64,000 nucleotides of DNA from the human T2T-CHM13v2.0 reference genome, Homo sapiens. The notes beneath the pieces were generated by a model. It was not told the DNA's origin, ran no database searches, and saw only the letters and a program-made list of their open reading frames with translations. The position numbers and the translations under genes were made by a program. Where the stretch lies: the NCBI RefSeq assembly GCF_009914755.1, contig NC_060927.1; one strand, written 5' to 3'. Numbering within the stretch: position 1 is the stretch's first letter; each line of letters opens with the position of its first letter. This document shows, in pieces, positions 50,210-63,915 of the stretch.

Positions 50210-51204
50210 CGATGCTTTAGGAGGGCCAGTTGATGAAGCAGTTTATGTTGCAAACATGCAACATAAATCAATGAAGTTTGCCATCTTATATGGACATGGT
50301 TTGTGGTATCTTAAAACAATTACAGTGGTAACATCAAAGATCACTGACCTCAGATTGCCAAAATAGATATAATAATAATAATGAAAAAGTATAAAATATT
50401 GCATGAATTATCAAAATGTGTCAGAGACACAAAGTGAGCACATGCTGTTGGAAAAATGGCGCCAATAGACTTGCTCAACAGAGCATTGCCACAAAACTTC
50501 AATTTAAAAAAATCATAATATCTGCAAAGTACAGTGAAACAAAGCATAGTAAAATGAGGTATGCCTGTAAATAATCTTAATAGTTTTTGTACTGCATATT
50601 ACAAATAGTTTAAATGGAAGTAGAATCTTTTGAAACATTTTTATTTTAGCAAATACATCTGGATCAACTAACCCAAAAGATGAGAGAGGAGTATTGGTTT
50701 GGAGAGCTCATATACATATAATTGTGACGTGAAAGCTTTGTGGGCCACTGATTAGCATTAGTAATATTTTGAAATATTTTCTTGCACCTAGACAATATGT
50801 GGTAGAGCCTTGAAAAACACCTTCTTCAACCCACACAGCTGAAGAACAAACTTGATTTACTGAAAGTGCATTTAAAAATAAACTTAAATGTAAACTATAG
50901 ACTGGATTGTGACAGAATATTCTTAGGAAAATGAACAGATTAGTAGATATTTACTAACATGTTAATAGTACTTATTCACATAACATATTAATAGTACTTA
51001 TTTCCAAGTAGTAGAATTTGTGGTAATTGTAATTTTTATTCTCTATGCTTTTCAGATTTTCCCTTTTTTTTCTTTGCACAGAGACATTCTATTGCTTTTT
51101 CAATGGTTATACATACATACCCTCCCCACTGCTAGAGTCACAAAAGTAGAGATCCCTGCAACCTAAGCTATCATTGCTGAATTTGAATCCCAAAGGATAA
51201 CTTA

Positions 51205-51840
51205 TTTCATTCAATAAATATTTAGAGGGCATTTGTCATGTGCTAGGCACTGTTCTACATTCTTGCTATACAGCAATGAACAAAAAAGACAAAAATTCCC
51301 AATTTCTCTTATTCAAGTATTGACAGGCAAAAAGTCAATAGTATCTTAGGTTATAGTATATGACAAAATATAGCCAGATGGGAGAAGATAAGCCAGAGAA
51401 GCGGCAAAGTGGAGAGTGGGTAGAACAGGATGTTTTCTAGCTGCAGTTGTCAAGAAGGGCTCTGGGCTGAAACTTGAATGAATTGAGGGAGAGAACCATG
51501 TAATCCCTTATGCGTGAGTGTGTGTGTGTGTGTGTGTCTGTCTGTGTGTGCATGCATGTATTCGTAGGGGGATAATGTGGCTAAATTAGAGCAAGAGGAG
51601 TGTGGATAAAGAGAAGTAGCCAAGGTCCAGGTTCTGCAGTGATAAGAGCAGACATTTTTAGGTTTGGAGAGGTAAGTGAAAAGAATGCTTAATGGAAAAT
51701 AGCCTGTCTTTTGTGCAAAAGTAGATTCAGATAACAATGTTAGGAGCCTATGGCAATAGCGAGAGATGTTTGTAGCTTATACAGGCGGCAGCAGTGGTGG
51801 AAATGGTCAGAAGTGGTGAGATTTTGGGTGTATGATTTTA
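51205..51840 (-). mobile_element. L2a
   Basis: ttcattcaataaatatttag...catgtgctaggcactgttcta...gcaatgaacaaaa...; body continues to gaagtggtgagattttggg. Confidence 0.82.
51509..51552. repeat. (TG)n microsatellite
   Basis: gtgagtgtgtgtgtgtgtgtgtgtctgtctgtgtgtg. Confidence 0.9.
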
Positions 51841-54800
51841 TGAGAGAATATTCCTGATTTGAGGATTCATGAGTATCTCCTAAGTTTAAAACAATTAAAG
51901 TTTTAGATTGCTATTCTGATTTTCCACAGCATATTAGTCTCTCTTGGATGTCTTTTAAAAGCACAAAGTGTCTGACGAGTCAAATGGAAGAATTTAATCT
52001 AGTTGATGTCATATGTAAATACGATTGGAACCACTGTTATTTGGAGTTATGTCTTGAAGATATATGTACACATTATTCTTTTTGAAAATGCTTTTTTTCC
52101 ATTTGATGACACATGACAGAGGTTAGCCTGAGATGAATGCCAAGGTAAAGCTGAATCACTTATTTCTTATTCTGGAACTTAGCTTTAAAGGCATGATGCT
52201 ATTATAAATGTTTGTATTTATTGAAAACAAATGATTGATAAAAAATGGATAGATGTTCACTTATATTGTTTTAATAAAATGGTCCTTAAAATAGTATTAA
52301 AAATTTTAAAGAATATGTTTTATTTAGAATTGTATAGGATGGCAGTTAAGTCTTCCCTGACCTTAGATGAATGATACTTTTGGCAAATACAGGTTAATCA
52401 CAAAGTAGACTACTAAATTAATTCTGAAGGTCAATTACAATAGCATCTCTCCCATGTAATATATAAAACATTTGTCATATTCCTCCTCATCAATATTTTT
52501 AAGGTTATTGCTATTTTGGGTGTACATTATTATAATAAATGACATCACTCTTTTTTACTTTCATTTTAGAAGAAAGTGCTTGAGTGACTATTTACAAAGC
52601 AGAAATTAAAGTGACTCACATGCTTGTTTGCATTTTCTTCAGAAAAATTATCAGGAGTTTAGCTGGCTTTTTTTAGTGTCTACTTTTTGCTCCCATGATG
52701 ATTATCATAGGAGATGATGTATGTAATCTACATTCAAATTGTTTATATGTATGGTTCAGAATTTGAGACTGATAATCTGGAATGCAAATCAAAATGAATG
52801 GTTTGGCATCTGAAAAGTTCTCTGCATAAAAGTGAAATGAATATCAATTCTGTAAAGTAGTTCCATTTTTATCACAAAAATGGCATGGTTACACTTTTTA
52901 GAGTTTATTATATTTATCTTTTATTCTCATTAATTTGTGCAAATTAAATCAAGTTCTTTTCCTTTTTTATTAAATGACACCCACAATTAGAAGTTTTAAT
53001 GGAATAGAGTTTTTCACAATGTAATAGACCTTCAGCTAGAAAGAACAGAGAAGGGCAAGATATTTATCAGAAAATAATCATCAAGGTGAATAAAAAGACA
53101 TTCTTTCTCGAACAGCGTGTTTTCTCTCTGTCACCACCTTCTGCTCCCTTTTCCTTTGGCTTTTTCTCTATAGTGGTTCATGATTAATGACTGTAGTACT
53201 GCTTTATTGTCTCAGTACTATTCACTTCAAGTGGCACAAAAACTCCTTATGATTCAATCTGATTGGCTCATTTGATCTTTTTTCCAACCAGACTGCATTA
53301 AATATACATTCAGTCAGATATCAATTAGCAAAAAAAAATCTGTATAAAGCTGTGCTTAGCGGTTTATTGAGAGGTGGCACTAATAGCTTTCTGCTTGGTT
53401 CCTTGATTTGCATATTTTTCTCCTTGATTTTCAGTATTTGAGGGTTTTAACATTTAATATTATTTGATATGAGAGGGAAAATAACTTCACTTTGCCATCA
53501 TAATCATTGGGATTTTTCTGGATTATCTAAACTTGGATGTGAGAATTGCTGTTGTAATGGTGGCATCAAAATATTTATTTTTTATTTTTTTCATATTTAT
53601 CCAGTGCTTACCATGTGCTAGGTGCTGGCTTGGTGAAACCATGAGGTAAAGCTCGTTCTTTCCATGTGAATTCTATTTACTGACTCTCACACTCCCTGTT
53701 AGCTGTGACAAATGGTGAATAGTTTTTAAACCTAAACTTTTATAAATGTGTTTTTCTATTCTTCATATGGAGTTATTTTCCCTTAGTTCTCTAGAGTAAC
53801 CCAGAAATTACTGATCATGATTAACTTCCCCTCAATATTACTCACTTAGCTTAACTACAGAGAAAACACAGAGCACATAATGTGGATTTTCAGGTGCAAG
53901 AGAATAAGCTTCACAGTGGAGCATTTTAGTAGCCTAATGGCAACAAAAGACCACAATGCAACCATTGCTTCTGCAGACAGACAAACTTTTTTTTTTTATC
54001 ACTAACAGAAGGATTTATCTGGTGTTTTAAATATCCTTGCATCATCCTTCTTGCATAGATACCCAGATGTATTTCTATTTCAGCATTCTTCAGACAGCAA
54101 TAACAGATAAAATAGTCATTCAAGAATGTCATAAAAGAGGGCATTACTCAAACTATGATATAAAGGCAAATGAAATATCAGCTACCACCAGAGAGAATAC
54201 AGTACACTTTGTAGCAGTACAAACAGACAGTACATTTTCACAAAATAGAGATTGCCAGTTGAGTTTATTTATTGATTCATTAGTCATTTGCAATATTTCC
54301 AGTCACTCCCAATAGTTCTCAGTGCTGTAAATCCATTTCACTGCAATTATAATTAATACCCAGAATCTCAAAATCTGAGACAATTTTTCAGATAATAGAA
54401 AATTATAAAACAACAACAGAAACAAAACCAGAAGTTTATGGAAAAACATTTTTTTCTCATTTCTAAGTAAGGTCAATTGAAGTCTCTGTCCAATTTCATC
54501 AGATGACTGTGTTCATGGATTAAATGTTCCATAAGAACATTCTCCATTTTACATTCCACAGTGGCAAAAATCCACCAGAAAACATAAGGTAATTCTTGAT
54601 TTGATACCCAATATCTAGTAGAGTCTGACATAAGCTCTTGATAAGTAGTTGTTGGAGTTACGCCTCAGTGAAAAAATGAATACATTAACTCAGAATTCAA
54701 CTAAAATGAGCCAATTCAAAGATTCTAGCTTGGGTAAATAAATTCACCAGTTATTATGCATTACATGCAAACACTGCTCCTTTTCCGGGGAAGTTTCTTT

Positions 54801-55380
54801 CAGTCGATTCATTTCTACTTACCACGGTGTTAGCGTCAATTGTCCAAAGATGTGTTTCCTATTTCCCTCAAGGCATATGTTATATTGATGAATCAGCAGG
54901 AGATCAACATTAGAAAATGTAATGCAGTTTCTCAATAGGCACCATTACTTGAGTCAATTCCAAGAACATTAGCTCTGGCCATATATAAATGTAATTTTAA
55001 AAATCCAAACATTGAATTTAAATTACTTTTGAATTATCTACCATTTTGGTTTATCTAATCTCCATTTGTTAGATAATTCAGAGTTGGCATTTTGTATTCA
55101 TGATTATTGCTTGAGTACATGACTGAGATTATATTTAAATGCAATCATTTACTGGAAACAAAATTAAGTGCTACACTTTTCTTGTCCACTGTGATGAACA
55201 AACTTTAATTCTCACTGATTTGTAAGTTATTACATAACCACAGCATTTATATATCGTCAGAAAGCAAACTCAAAAATAATCTATGAAGAACAATGCACAA
55301 AATGAAGAGATTACGAGCTCATGAGATTTTAGTCTAGGCCTTCCTTATTAAACTATTTAAAGTCCTTCTACTAGGGTTGT

Positions 55381-55584
55381 ATAATAAGCCCTCAATGTTG
55401 TCAATAGATTCTTGGAAATTTCAGCTAAGTGAAATGATGTACAGCAGGTCATCAAATAACATTTTTCCCTTCAATTTTGTTTTGTTTTAAAGTTGATGAG
55501 AAAAAATGGCTTTTGCATACACCATTTCACTTAAAATTATAGTTTCCAAGAATCTACTGACAATGTCAAGTGAGGACTTAATGC
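55381..55584. mobile_element. Short MER82-like (TcMar-Tigger) MITE
   Basis: Long terminal inverted repeats gtcaatagattcttggaaat...taagtgaaatg / catttcactta...tttccaagaatctactgac. Confidence 0.75.
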
Positions 55585-55954
55585 ATATATTTTAAACAAC
55601 TTTTCACTATCTTATTTTTGGAAAGGAATATTGCTGATCAGTCTACAAGGTTATGAATTTACTCTGTAGACATATCAGCTTATTAATCAAGTAAAGTTTT
55701 GGTTGGATTTAGCATGTAATCAATGGCTCGTACATAATGGTAAGTCACTGTTTCCCAAAACAAAGTTTCAATGCTACAGTTTGTTACACCTCAAAATTCT
55801 TCTCATAACTTTTTAGGCTTTTTCTATTCATTACATAGTATGAGATAATAAAAGAATGAGTTGTTTATACATTGATACTGATGAAAAGAAATAGATTGTG
55901 CTTTTGTGTTTCAGGTGCTCTGTCTTGTCTTACTCCCAAATGAAAAAGAGAAAG

Positions 55955-56095
55955 GAGGACTGGGAGATGGGAGCTCTAACTTCTTTCAGCCACTCTCTGT
56001 GTAGCATGAGGAAGTCATAGACATTCCTGGGGTTCATTTGTAAAATAAGAGTATTCAACTAGATTTTTAAAATGAGTTTCTGTTCAATAATAAGA
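55955..56095 (+). mobile_element. MIR fragment
   Basis: gccactctctgtgtagcatgaggaagtcat...ttcatttgtaaaataagag. Confidence 0.55.
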
Positions 56096-56299
56096 TATGG
56101 GTTTTCTTTCATGAAGGGCTAAAACTCTCCAGTCTTTTGCAATGTTTGGACCTCATATTATTTTCTTCTTCCTCCTTGTCTCACTTCCTTGGCCTCATAC
56201 TATGTGATACCCTTTACACAGAAAGAGTCAGGAGCTCAGGCACTTAACTGTCTTTAGTGTCTATCCTGGTCCTCCCAAAGAAGCTACATACTGCTAGTC

Positions 56300-56442
56300 T
56301 TCCTAAGTATACTTACTTGTCTGTTTAACCAAAGGATTAAAAGCTTACTGAGGAAAAGAATCATCTTGTACTTTAATACATCCAAAGAACCCAGCATTTT
56401 TTCCTGGCAAATAGGTGCTCTAAAACATTTGTTGAATAATGA
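56300..56442 (+). mobile_element. L2 3' end
   Basis: aagcttactgagg...cccagcatttttcctggcaaataggtgctctaaaacatttgttgaataatgaa. Confidence 0.7.
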
Positions 56443-57379
56443 AAATGTGTCCAAGTTTCCTGTGTCTTTAATCTTCTTTGTGTGACACTTTGCTTTGCCA
56501 AGAGTGTAAATCTTTGCTCAACTGTAACATTATTCTAGCTTATTAAAGGGGAAGAACTTCCTTATTGTAAATGCATTGCTAGGAGCTATGTAAATGCATG
56601 GCTTGGGACTAAAAGCCACAGTGGTATCAATATCCAGGATATTTGCGTGATGCCAGTAAACAAAGGGAAAACTCTACGGAGAAAAACGAATCCAAGTCAG
56701 CTCTCTTTAGAGACTTTTTCTGTCTTGATATATACAATGTAAAAACACTGAATGTTACCTGTAGGGACAGAGACCTTTTTCTCCAATATATCTAACAGCT
56801 ACAAAACTGTCTACAACTATAGGATAGAATATTACATATTCTTCAGTCTAGTTGACTTACTATTATTATTGATATGTGATTATTAAGTTATTTAAAACAA
56901 GTAACTGAGAAAAGATTTTTAAAACATAAATAGTAAACACTGGGAAACAGCAACAACAAAATCTCAGGAATCACTGACCTTTCACTTTACATATTGAAAA
57001 TAGAAGCTAGGGTGATTTGAGACTTACCCAGTCTCATAGTTTATCACATAACTGGGCCTCTTGACTCTATTTCCATCTTGTTAATTTCACATTATGGAAC
57101 CTAACATACTTTTGTGTGCTTCTGTGATATTACAAAGATTTTTTCCTGTGGAATATTATTTCTGTTGTCACAATGAAAGTCATAGGGAATAATTTTACTT
57201 ATAAAATTAGGTTTATTTACTACTTACACAGACTGACTGTGATCCTGTAAAGTAAAATGTATTTACATGTATTTTTCCAACTCTAAATGGGTCATCCTAT
57301 TTGGCTCCTCTTTTAGGATTTGTCATGTATTTTTGCAAAGAACATTCAGAAAGAGAGTGATCTTCATTTGTTAAGTGGC

Positions 57380-57736
57380 TGATATGGTTTGGCTCTATGT
57401 CCCCACCTGTATCTCACCTTGAATTGTAGTAATCCATAAGTGTAAGGGTGAGACCAGGTAGAGGTAACTGAATGATGGGGGCAGTTTCCCCCATGTTGTT
57501 TTTGTGATAATGAGTGAGTCACACAATATCTGATGGTTTTATAAGTGTCTAGCATTTCCCCTGCTTGCTCTCATTCTCTCTCCTGCAGCCCTGTGAAGAG
57601 GTGCCTTCTGCCATAATTATAAGTTTCCTGAGGCCTCCCCAGCCATGTGGAACTGTGAGTTAATTAAACCTCTTTTCTGTATAAATTACCCAGTATCAAG
57701 TATTTCTTCATAGCAGCATGAGAACGGACTAATACA
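57380..57736 (+). mobile_element. THE1 (C/D-like) solo LTR
   Basis: TGATATGGTTTGGCTCTATGTCCCCACC...GGACTAATACA; perfect TSD GTGGC (57375-57379 and 57737-57741). Confidence 0.94.
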
Positions 57737-58249
57737 GTGGCTCTTGCAGCCATAGTGATACGTGGTAATCAACCTTTGTCTCCTTAACTAAACATCTGAA
57801 TTCAAGGAACCAGGTGCAAATCCCTAGTGTGACATTCTGCAATGAATTCTGTGGCTCTGGTGCCAACACAAAAGCCTAGCTGGGCAGCAGTAAGAAGAAA
57901 ACTGCAAATCAGAGCCACGTCCTTTCTATTTTTTTTTTTAATAACTCACTCCAATGAACCTATTGTCCCCGGGGTATTTCCAATTCCTCAATAGTTCAGC
58001 TTGCCACCTTTACCTTCATTTTAGTCTTCTTAGAATTTCACTTGATTAAATAATTGACAATATTTATCAGACAATGGGATGATCATTCTTGTCATAAATG
58101 TATCATCTTCATTTTCCAATTAGAGCTATGATTGTGATTTCCAGGCAGAAACATAAATTATGAATGTAATGTTGAAGTAAATAAACATAAAATAATTTAT
58201 TTGACACATTTTTATAATAATTATATGGCATATTTCTTTTTAGCTGTGT

Positions 58250-58324
58250 CCTCATGACTTCCCGAAGGCTCCACCTCCAAATACCATCACATTATTGGGG
58301 GACACAAATATTCAGTCCATAGCA
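58250..58324 (-). mobile_element. MLT1A/MST LTR fragment
   Basis: ccacctccaaataccatcacatt...gggggacacaaatattcagtccatagca. Confidence 0.75.
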
Positions 58325-58679
58325 ATATTAGTTAAAATGCCTTACTGGAATTCGACTTGACTTCTCTGGCTCCTCCTGAGGAGAAAAGACAGGTCTAAGT
58401 GTAGATGAAACACCATCCAAGAAAATGTGCTTTGCTTCTTCTCCCTTTATAAGGGCCTCATATTAAGAGATTGTGTGCTAAGTTAGATTAACCACGTGTG
58501 AAGCCAAATTGGAATAGGCTGCTTTGAAATCACTGAAGCCAGTCCATTAGCCAGTCTACATTTGTGTTTGCCTTATGTGATGAATTTCATTGATGTGAGT
58601 TTATACTAATGGCTAATTGACAGTTCAAATAAGCAGGGTCAGATTAGAATTGAGATGTGAAGTGCAGATTAATGTTTGT

Positions 58680-58848
58680 CAAATTTGGGGGATCATAGGA
58701 GCCCCTGTAAAACTTGCTAACACAAATTACTGGTCCTAAGAGTTTTTGATTTAGTCGATCTGGGCTAAGGCCCCAGAATTTGCATTTCTAGTAAGATCTC
58801 AAATGATGCTGATGTTGTTTTCTATGGACCATAGTATGAGTAGCACTG
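58680..58848. mobile_element. MER5A
   Basis: gagtttttgatttagtcgatctggg...ggccccagaatttgcatttctagtaag...tgatgctgatg...gagtagcactg. Confidence 0.8.
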
Positions 58849-59599
58849 GCCTAAATAGCTTACAAAGGTTGCTGTGATACTAGCAGTTTTTGTCTAAGGA
58901 GATCAGAGAACACACGTCCCTCATTATGGTCTACGTGCTATGTCCCAGAGAATCACTTGTCTTCTTTTTCACAGTTATCTGTTCTCTATACTGTTTAGCA
59001 TTCCTCTTTAGAAAGGATTTTGTCTGAGATTTTATTATTGCAATCTTTAATTAGCTCTCAGATATGCTCTGGATTACCACATAGAGGATTTGTGTCCTCA
59101 CAGGTACACAGAGTACTGAAGAATAATTATTAAAGTACAGGCTGCTCGTGTTTACTTACACTTAGAAATTCTAGGATTTTCTGTTAAGGAGGCTTGTATT
59201 CCTTGTATGATACTTTAGCATAGCACCTGGCCTCATCCCTGGGACACAGTAGGTCCTTAAAAAACATCACTGTCAAATGAGAGGTGGTATGACTGAACAA
59301 ACAGTTTTAGCATCATGATTAAACTGCTTTTAGACCTTTTCCACACTGATGGGGCAGAAAGAATGCTTTCTCATCTACTAAGACAAATTTTGTGCACTCG
59401 CTTGCTAAATGGTACTATACTATTGCTTTAGTAAAGTTGAATATGGCTTAGGGAGCTCTATCTGGGTGGGGAGTATATTTCTGACATATACTCAGAAGCA
59501 AATTATGGTTGGCAAAGTGGTAAAAATGCTTTTTCCTATTAGCCTAGCCCTGTCAAAGAGTTTGAATTAGGCCATTTTTCAAATTTAAGAATGTATTAT

Positions 59600-59770
59600 A
59601 TTCTCATTCTACATTTCTTTTGAACTTTCTGCAAATGCTTTATAAGCATTATCTTGTTTTTCCTTACAACACCACTCAGAGGTGTGTGACCAAGTAGTGT
59701 TATCCTCATTGTACAGGCACGTAGAAGTTAATTGACTTTCTTTGGGTCATAGAGAAGCAGGGAGAGCCAG
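59600..59770 (-). mobile_element. MIR fragment
   Basis: cattatcttgtttttccttacaacacc...gttatcctcattgtacag. Confidence 0.6.
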
Positions 59771-60148
59771 CAATAAAAGAAACATTAGCCTGCTTCCTTA
59801 GAGCGTGAGCACAGTGGCTGCCGCAGAACTCCTAACCCTGCCCTTTCACCACTTAACAAAGAATATCCTTATCCAGGAGATTACCTGTGTGAAATGAGGC
59901 TTCTTGAGAAATGTTTGCATGGATTACTGTAGGCCCAACTTGGGCTCAAGTAGAAACATTCTGCTTGTGATTTCATAAAACATTTAAAAGCACATTTTAG
60001 AGTTAAAAAGAGATTTAGATAATCCAAATCACCAAGTAGTTACTGAAAACTTTCTATGATTTTGGTATAAAATTTTGTGTGTACCCTCTTAGGCACCTAG
60101 GCTAACACACAAAACCTCATTTCTTTTATAGTGTGCCCCAAATATCAT

Positions 60149-60620
60149 TGGGAGGCAGTCTGCTATGAGCCTCTTGTGCTTCTACGTGTCTTGCTACATA
60201 TGCCAAAATCCCCAGATCCTGATCATTCTTTCACCCTGGCCACTTATCTAAATTGTTTATGCAGCTGACAGTTCTGCAAAGTGAAATAATGCCTCATAGG
60301 ATTGAATTGCATTGTCCTGCAAAGTATTCAGTCTCTCTTTGGACAAAGAACAGGCCTGTTTACTGCTTGCTATAAAAGTGGCAGTTTTCTTAAGCTTGAA
60401 GTTTACAGCTGCAGTTCAACCCTTTGTTTGTGTAGCCATCTGGGCCCATGGTATTGCCTCATGGACTTTGGGGCATGGGGAACCATCAGAGATATGCTGA
60501 TATGCTTGCTATTGCTTTTGCTGTGCTGAATAACTGATCCAGAAGTCTCATGTCTTCTGTCAAACAGTCATGGATCTGTGACAAACTAGTTTGTGTGTTC
60601 ATTCCAGTGGAAATTCTACT
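60149..60620 (+). mobile_element. ERVL-class solo LTR (MER77/MER76-like, family tentative)
   Basis: gcagtctgctatgagcc...ggacaaagaacaggcctgtttactgcttgcTATAAAAg...tgatccagaagtctcatgtcttctg. Confidence 0.7.
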
Positions 60621-61089
60621 GCTTCTAGCTCTCTTCCCCACTGTGAAACATATTTAAGTAAGGCAAAATCCCCATAGCTGTACTTAGTTTCTTTCCAATA
60701 GACCCTTCCAAAACTTTAGGTTGTTTTATGGAATAAAATGTGGATGATGTGGATTTCAGCCACATCATGATGTTCAATGAATTAAATAATTCTTTAGAAG
60801 GATAAAATCGACATAAAATGAAATTATCAGAAGTGCAAGAGATTTGGCCCAGGAACTATGAAGACATATTTTCTGCCTCTCATGTCATTATTATTTTGTG
60901 TCTTGTAGAAGCAGTATTAGGGCTTCTGTGTCTCAGGCAGTATCACAAATGCAAATTTCCATGGTTGATAGCAGCTGAAGATGAACTCAGGACTGGGCTA
61001 AGGTAATACGGGCCAGACCAACAACAGCATTTGCTACAGTAAGACACAGTTGTAAGGTATCACTCTTTAGCTGTTGTCAGTGTTGTTGT

Positions 61090-61196
61090 GAGTTGCCTGA
61101 AAACAAGAGCTATGTGGTATTTATCTGTTTCTCTGCATCACCAGCCACAACGCCTTCAACTTAGAGGTGTTATTAAGCACCTGTCAAATAAATGAA
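61090..61196 (+). mobile_element. L2 3' end
   Basis: gtgagttgcctgaaaacaagag...gcacctgtcaaataaatgaa. Confidence 0.5.
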
Positions 61197-61209
61197 ACCA
61201 AATGCCTTA

Positions 61210-61410
61210 TTGGTGGAGGATATATGTTATAGTCTGGAATAAATCTGCTTGGGTTCAAATCTTAACTCTGCCACTTAAAACTGCATACTTGGTCAATTTC
61301 TTTAATCTCTTGGTGTCCTTATCTATAAAGATGGCATAATAATATTACCTATCTCACGGAGTTGTGAAACTTAGTACTCAGCAAATACTTAATAGTTGTC
61401 AGTTGTTCTT
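61210..61410 (+). mobile_element. MIR
   Basis: ctgcttgggttcaaatcttaactctgccactta...cttatctataaagatggcataataat. Confidence 0.85.
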
Positions 61411-62789
61411 GGCACAAAAACATTAGAACTGCATAGAACTCCAGTTCTAAAACATTCAAGAAAGAAAACTGCTCTTGATGATTTGTTCTAAATTGTTTAT
61501 AGTAATTGTTGGTCCAAATATGATTTACATTGTAGTAAATTACAGCCATATTTTAAATCTTAAACCTCAATTCATTGTAGACCGTAAAACTCACCTTGTG
61601 CTTAGTTATTTTAAACGTGGATACATACTCTCTTGAGAGCTGGATGAAATTGTGATATTAAGCTAGATTTTCATCTCATAATTGTTACTCATCCTTTGGC
61701 AACATAAAAGTCTTCCCACTCTTTCATGTAAACATTTCCCCCACATTCACCACCTTGCACAAAGCATAGCTAATTCTGAGTCAAAATCAACACAGGCTGT
61801 CAATTCAGTATGCATAACATCTGGTTGCTTCCACATTTACCATTTGTCGTGGTGAAAGTTGTGTATTTCATGTAGAAAACCTGTCGTTGGGTCCTTTAAA
61901 TCCTCTACAGTCCTCCTTCTTGAGGAGAAGTTTCCCAGACTCCTCTTATTGTTACTTAAATTTTGAGGTCTTCTAAAGAAAACTTTACTCCTAGATTGAG
62001 ACTGTCTTCTTACCCATCTTATAGTTGTTTCAATTTACAACACTCTTGAAAAGCATATCTTGCGATGATATCTACAATCAACACAGATAATGTTGTATTA
62101 CTGAAATTGCTGGAAATCCATTATGCCCTATATATGGAGTAAATGAGCAGCAAATCTACACAGCTGCTGCTAACTACTCTTTTAGACTTCCCTGTAGTTA
62201 AGTAATGAATCTTTTTCGACTTCCTGAATAATTTACTCCTAAATGCATTAAATTGAATGTAAAAGGAAGTTTTACAAAATGAAGACAAACCAGTTCTGGG
62301 AGTTGATGATAATCTTAAAACTTCTATAATGTTCTTCTTTAAAAAAAAAAATAAGCATGATTCAGTTTTTCTCCTCTGGTCTGAGCTTTAAGTGATGTAA
62401 AAACATTAGCTTTAAGAGACATTTAAAATAACAACATATCTATGGTTACTAGTAGAGTATAAAATTCAATTGAATATAAATAGGAGAGCAGATGCTTCTA
62501 TAATTATAATAAAAACAAGTTGGCCATACTAATTTTACTTAAGTCAATATTTATCTTAATCTGGTATTTTAAAAATATCATCTATTTTAAAAAAATACAA
62601 TAAGGAGGAAAGAATCAATTTTATAGGGTTATTAAAAATAATGAAGTAATCACCTTGAACGAGGGGCTGGCCCTAGGCCAAACTTGTTATCAAAGCTTAT
62701 CTTTGCAGCTATTCTCAATTTCATGTCTCCATTTTCAACAGCTCTTTGCTGTCCTAGTTCTTAATGATAATCTTTATATTATTCAAAAC

Positions 62790-62945
62790 TCAGAGTTGGA
62801 AAGAGCCTTGAAAGTTCTTTAAGAATATTCCCTCATTAATTGATTAAGAAAATGAGGCCAAAGCAACCCAATTGACATATATATCTTAGATCAATTGACT
62901 AGTTAATGGAAAAGGACAAGATTGAAATTAAAACAATTCCTTAAG
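62790..62945 (-). mobile_element. MIR fragment
   Basis: cagagttggaaagagccttg...cctcatt...taagaaaatgaggccaaag. Confidence 0.6.
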
Positions 62946-63779
62946 GAAAAAAAAATCACAGCTTCATCTAATACACAGGAGCATCAAACAAAATCCTTTC
63001 TGGATAATCCTGGCAGAGGTTTTGCCTCAGTGTCCAGACCAAGTGTTCCCTGATAGACCTAACACACCTGAGCCTGGTTTTCCCCAACATGTCCTCATAA
63101 GTTTCCTGTCCTTTCATTCTCAAGTTGATGAATAAGTAATAACATATACCATAAAATGAGCAATAAGTAAACATGTCATCCCTCACACAGTCAATATTTA
63201 TATTTTAATTAGGCTTTCTGTGTACACAGATATTTAATAAAAAAGGAAAACATCTCCACTGCCATTTCAGGGAATTTGATAAACATACAAAGAGCATTTT
63301 GAGAAGGCTAGCTACTCAGTAGCTCTCAATTCATGACTATCAGGAAGATAACAACTGAGGCTACTGCAATAACTAATGAGGCGATGCATTCAGCCTGCTT
63401 ACAAGAAAAGGTTACAGCTGTGTTCCAGTGAACAAGTAACAATTATTCACACAGCACAACTAAAACTGTACAGTTTACCATCCTTAATCACTGGTGCCTA
63501 TGTTGCTTTGTGAAGACTGGTTTGTTCTCTTTACATAAGATGCGGATTTCTGAGAGTCAAATACTGAATTTTAAAAGACCTGAGTCAAAAAAACAACATG
63601 TCAGTACAATTAAATCCTACTCATGACTCTAACAGAGAATAGAAATCATCATCCATTGTTGCCTAGTCTCTTGGCTATTTCAATTTTATTTCCATTCCAT
63701 CATTTGAACCATCAAAAAGTGATTCTGCACAATACCCTTATTTTGTCGCTTATCAAATTGTCACGATTGCAATTGTCTG

Positions 63780-63915
63780 TTTCTTTGATTATACTTTCCC
63801 AACAACTGTGAGCTGTTTGAGGACTGGCACAAGGTTGATTAACTATTTATCTCCAGTTTCTAGCACAGCACCCAGAACAGAGTAGGAGCTCTTCAAAACT
63901 TTTCTGCTTAATAAT
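63780..63915 (+). mobile_element. L2 3' end
   Basis: actgtgagctgtttgaggactgg...tatctccagtttctagcacagcacccagaacagagtaggagctc. Confidence 0.72.

Larger units (their letters stand above)
48083..50567 (-). mobile_element. Near full-length Tigger1 DNA transposon
   Basis: TIRs CAGGCATATCTCA / TGAGGTATGCCTG; TA duplications at 48081-48082 and 50568-50569; transposase remnants. Confidence 0.96.
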
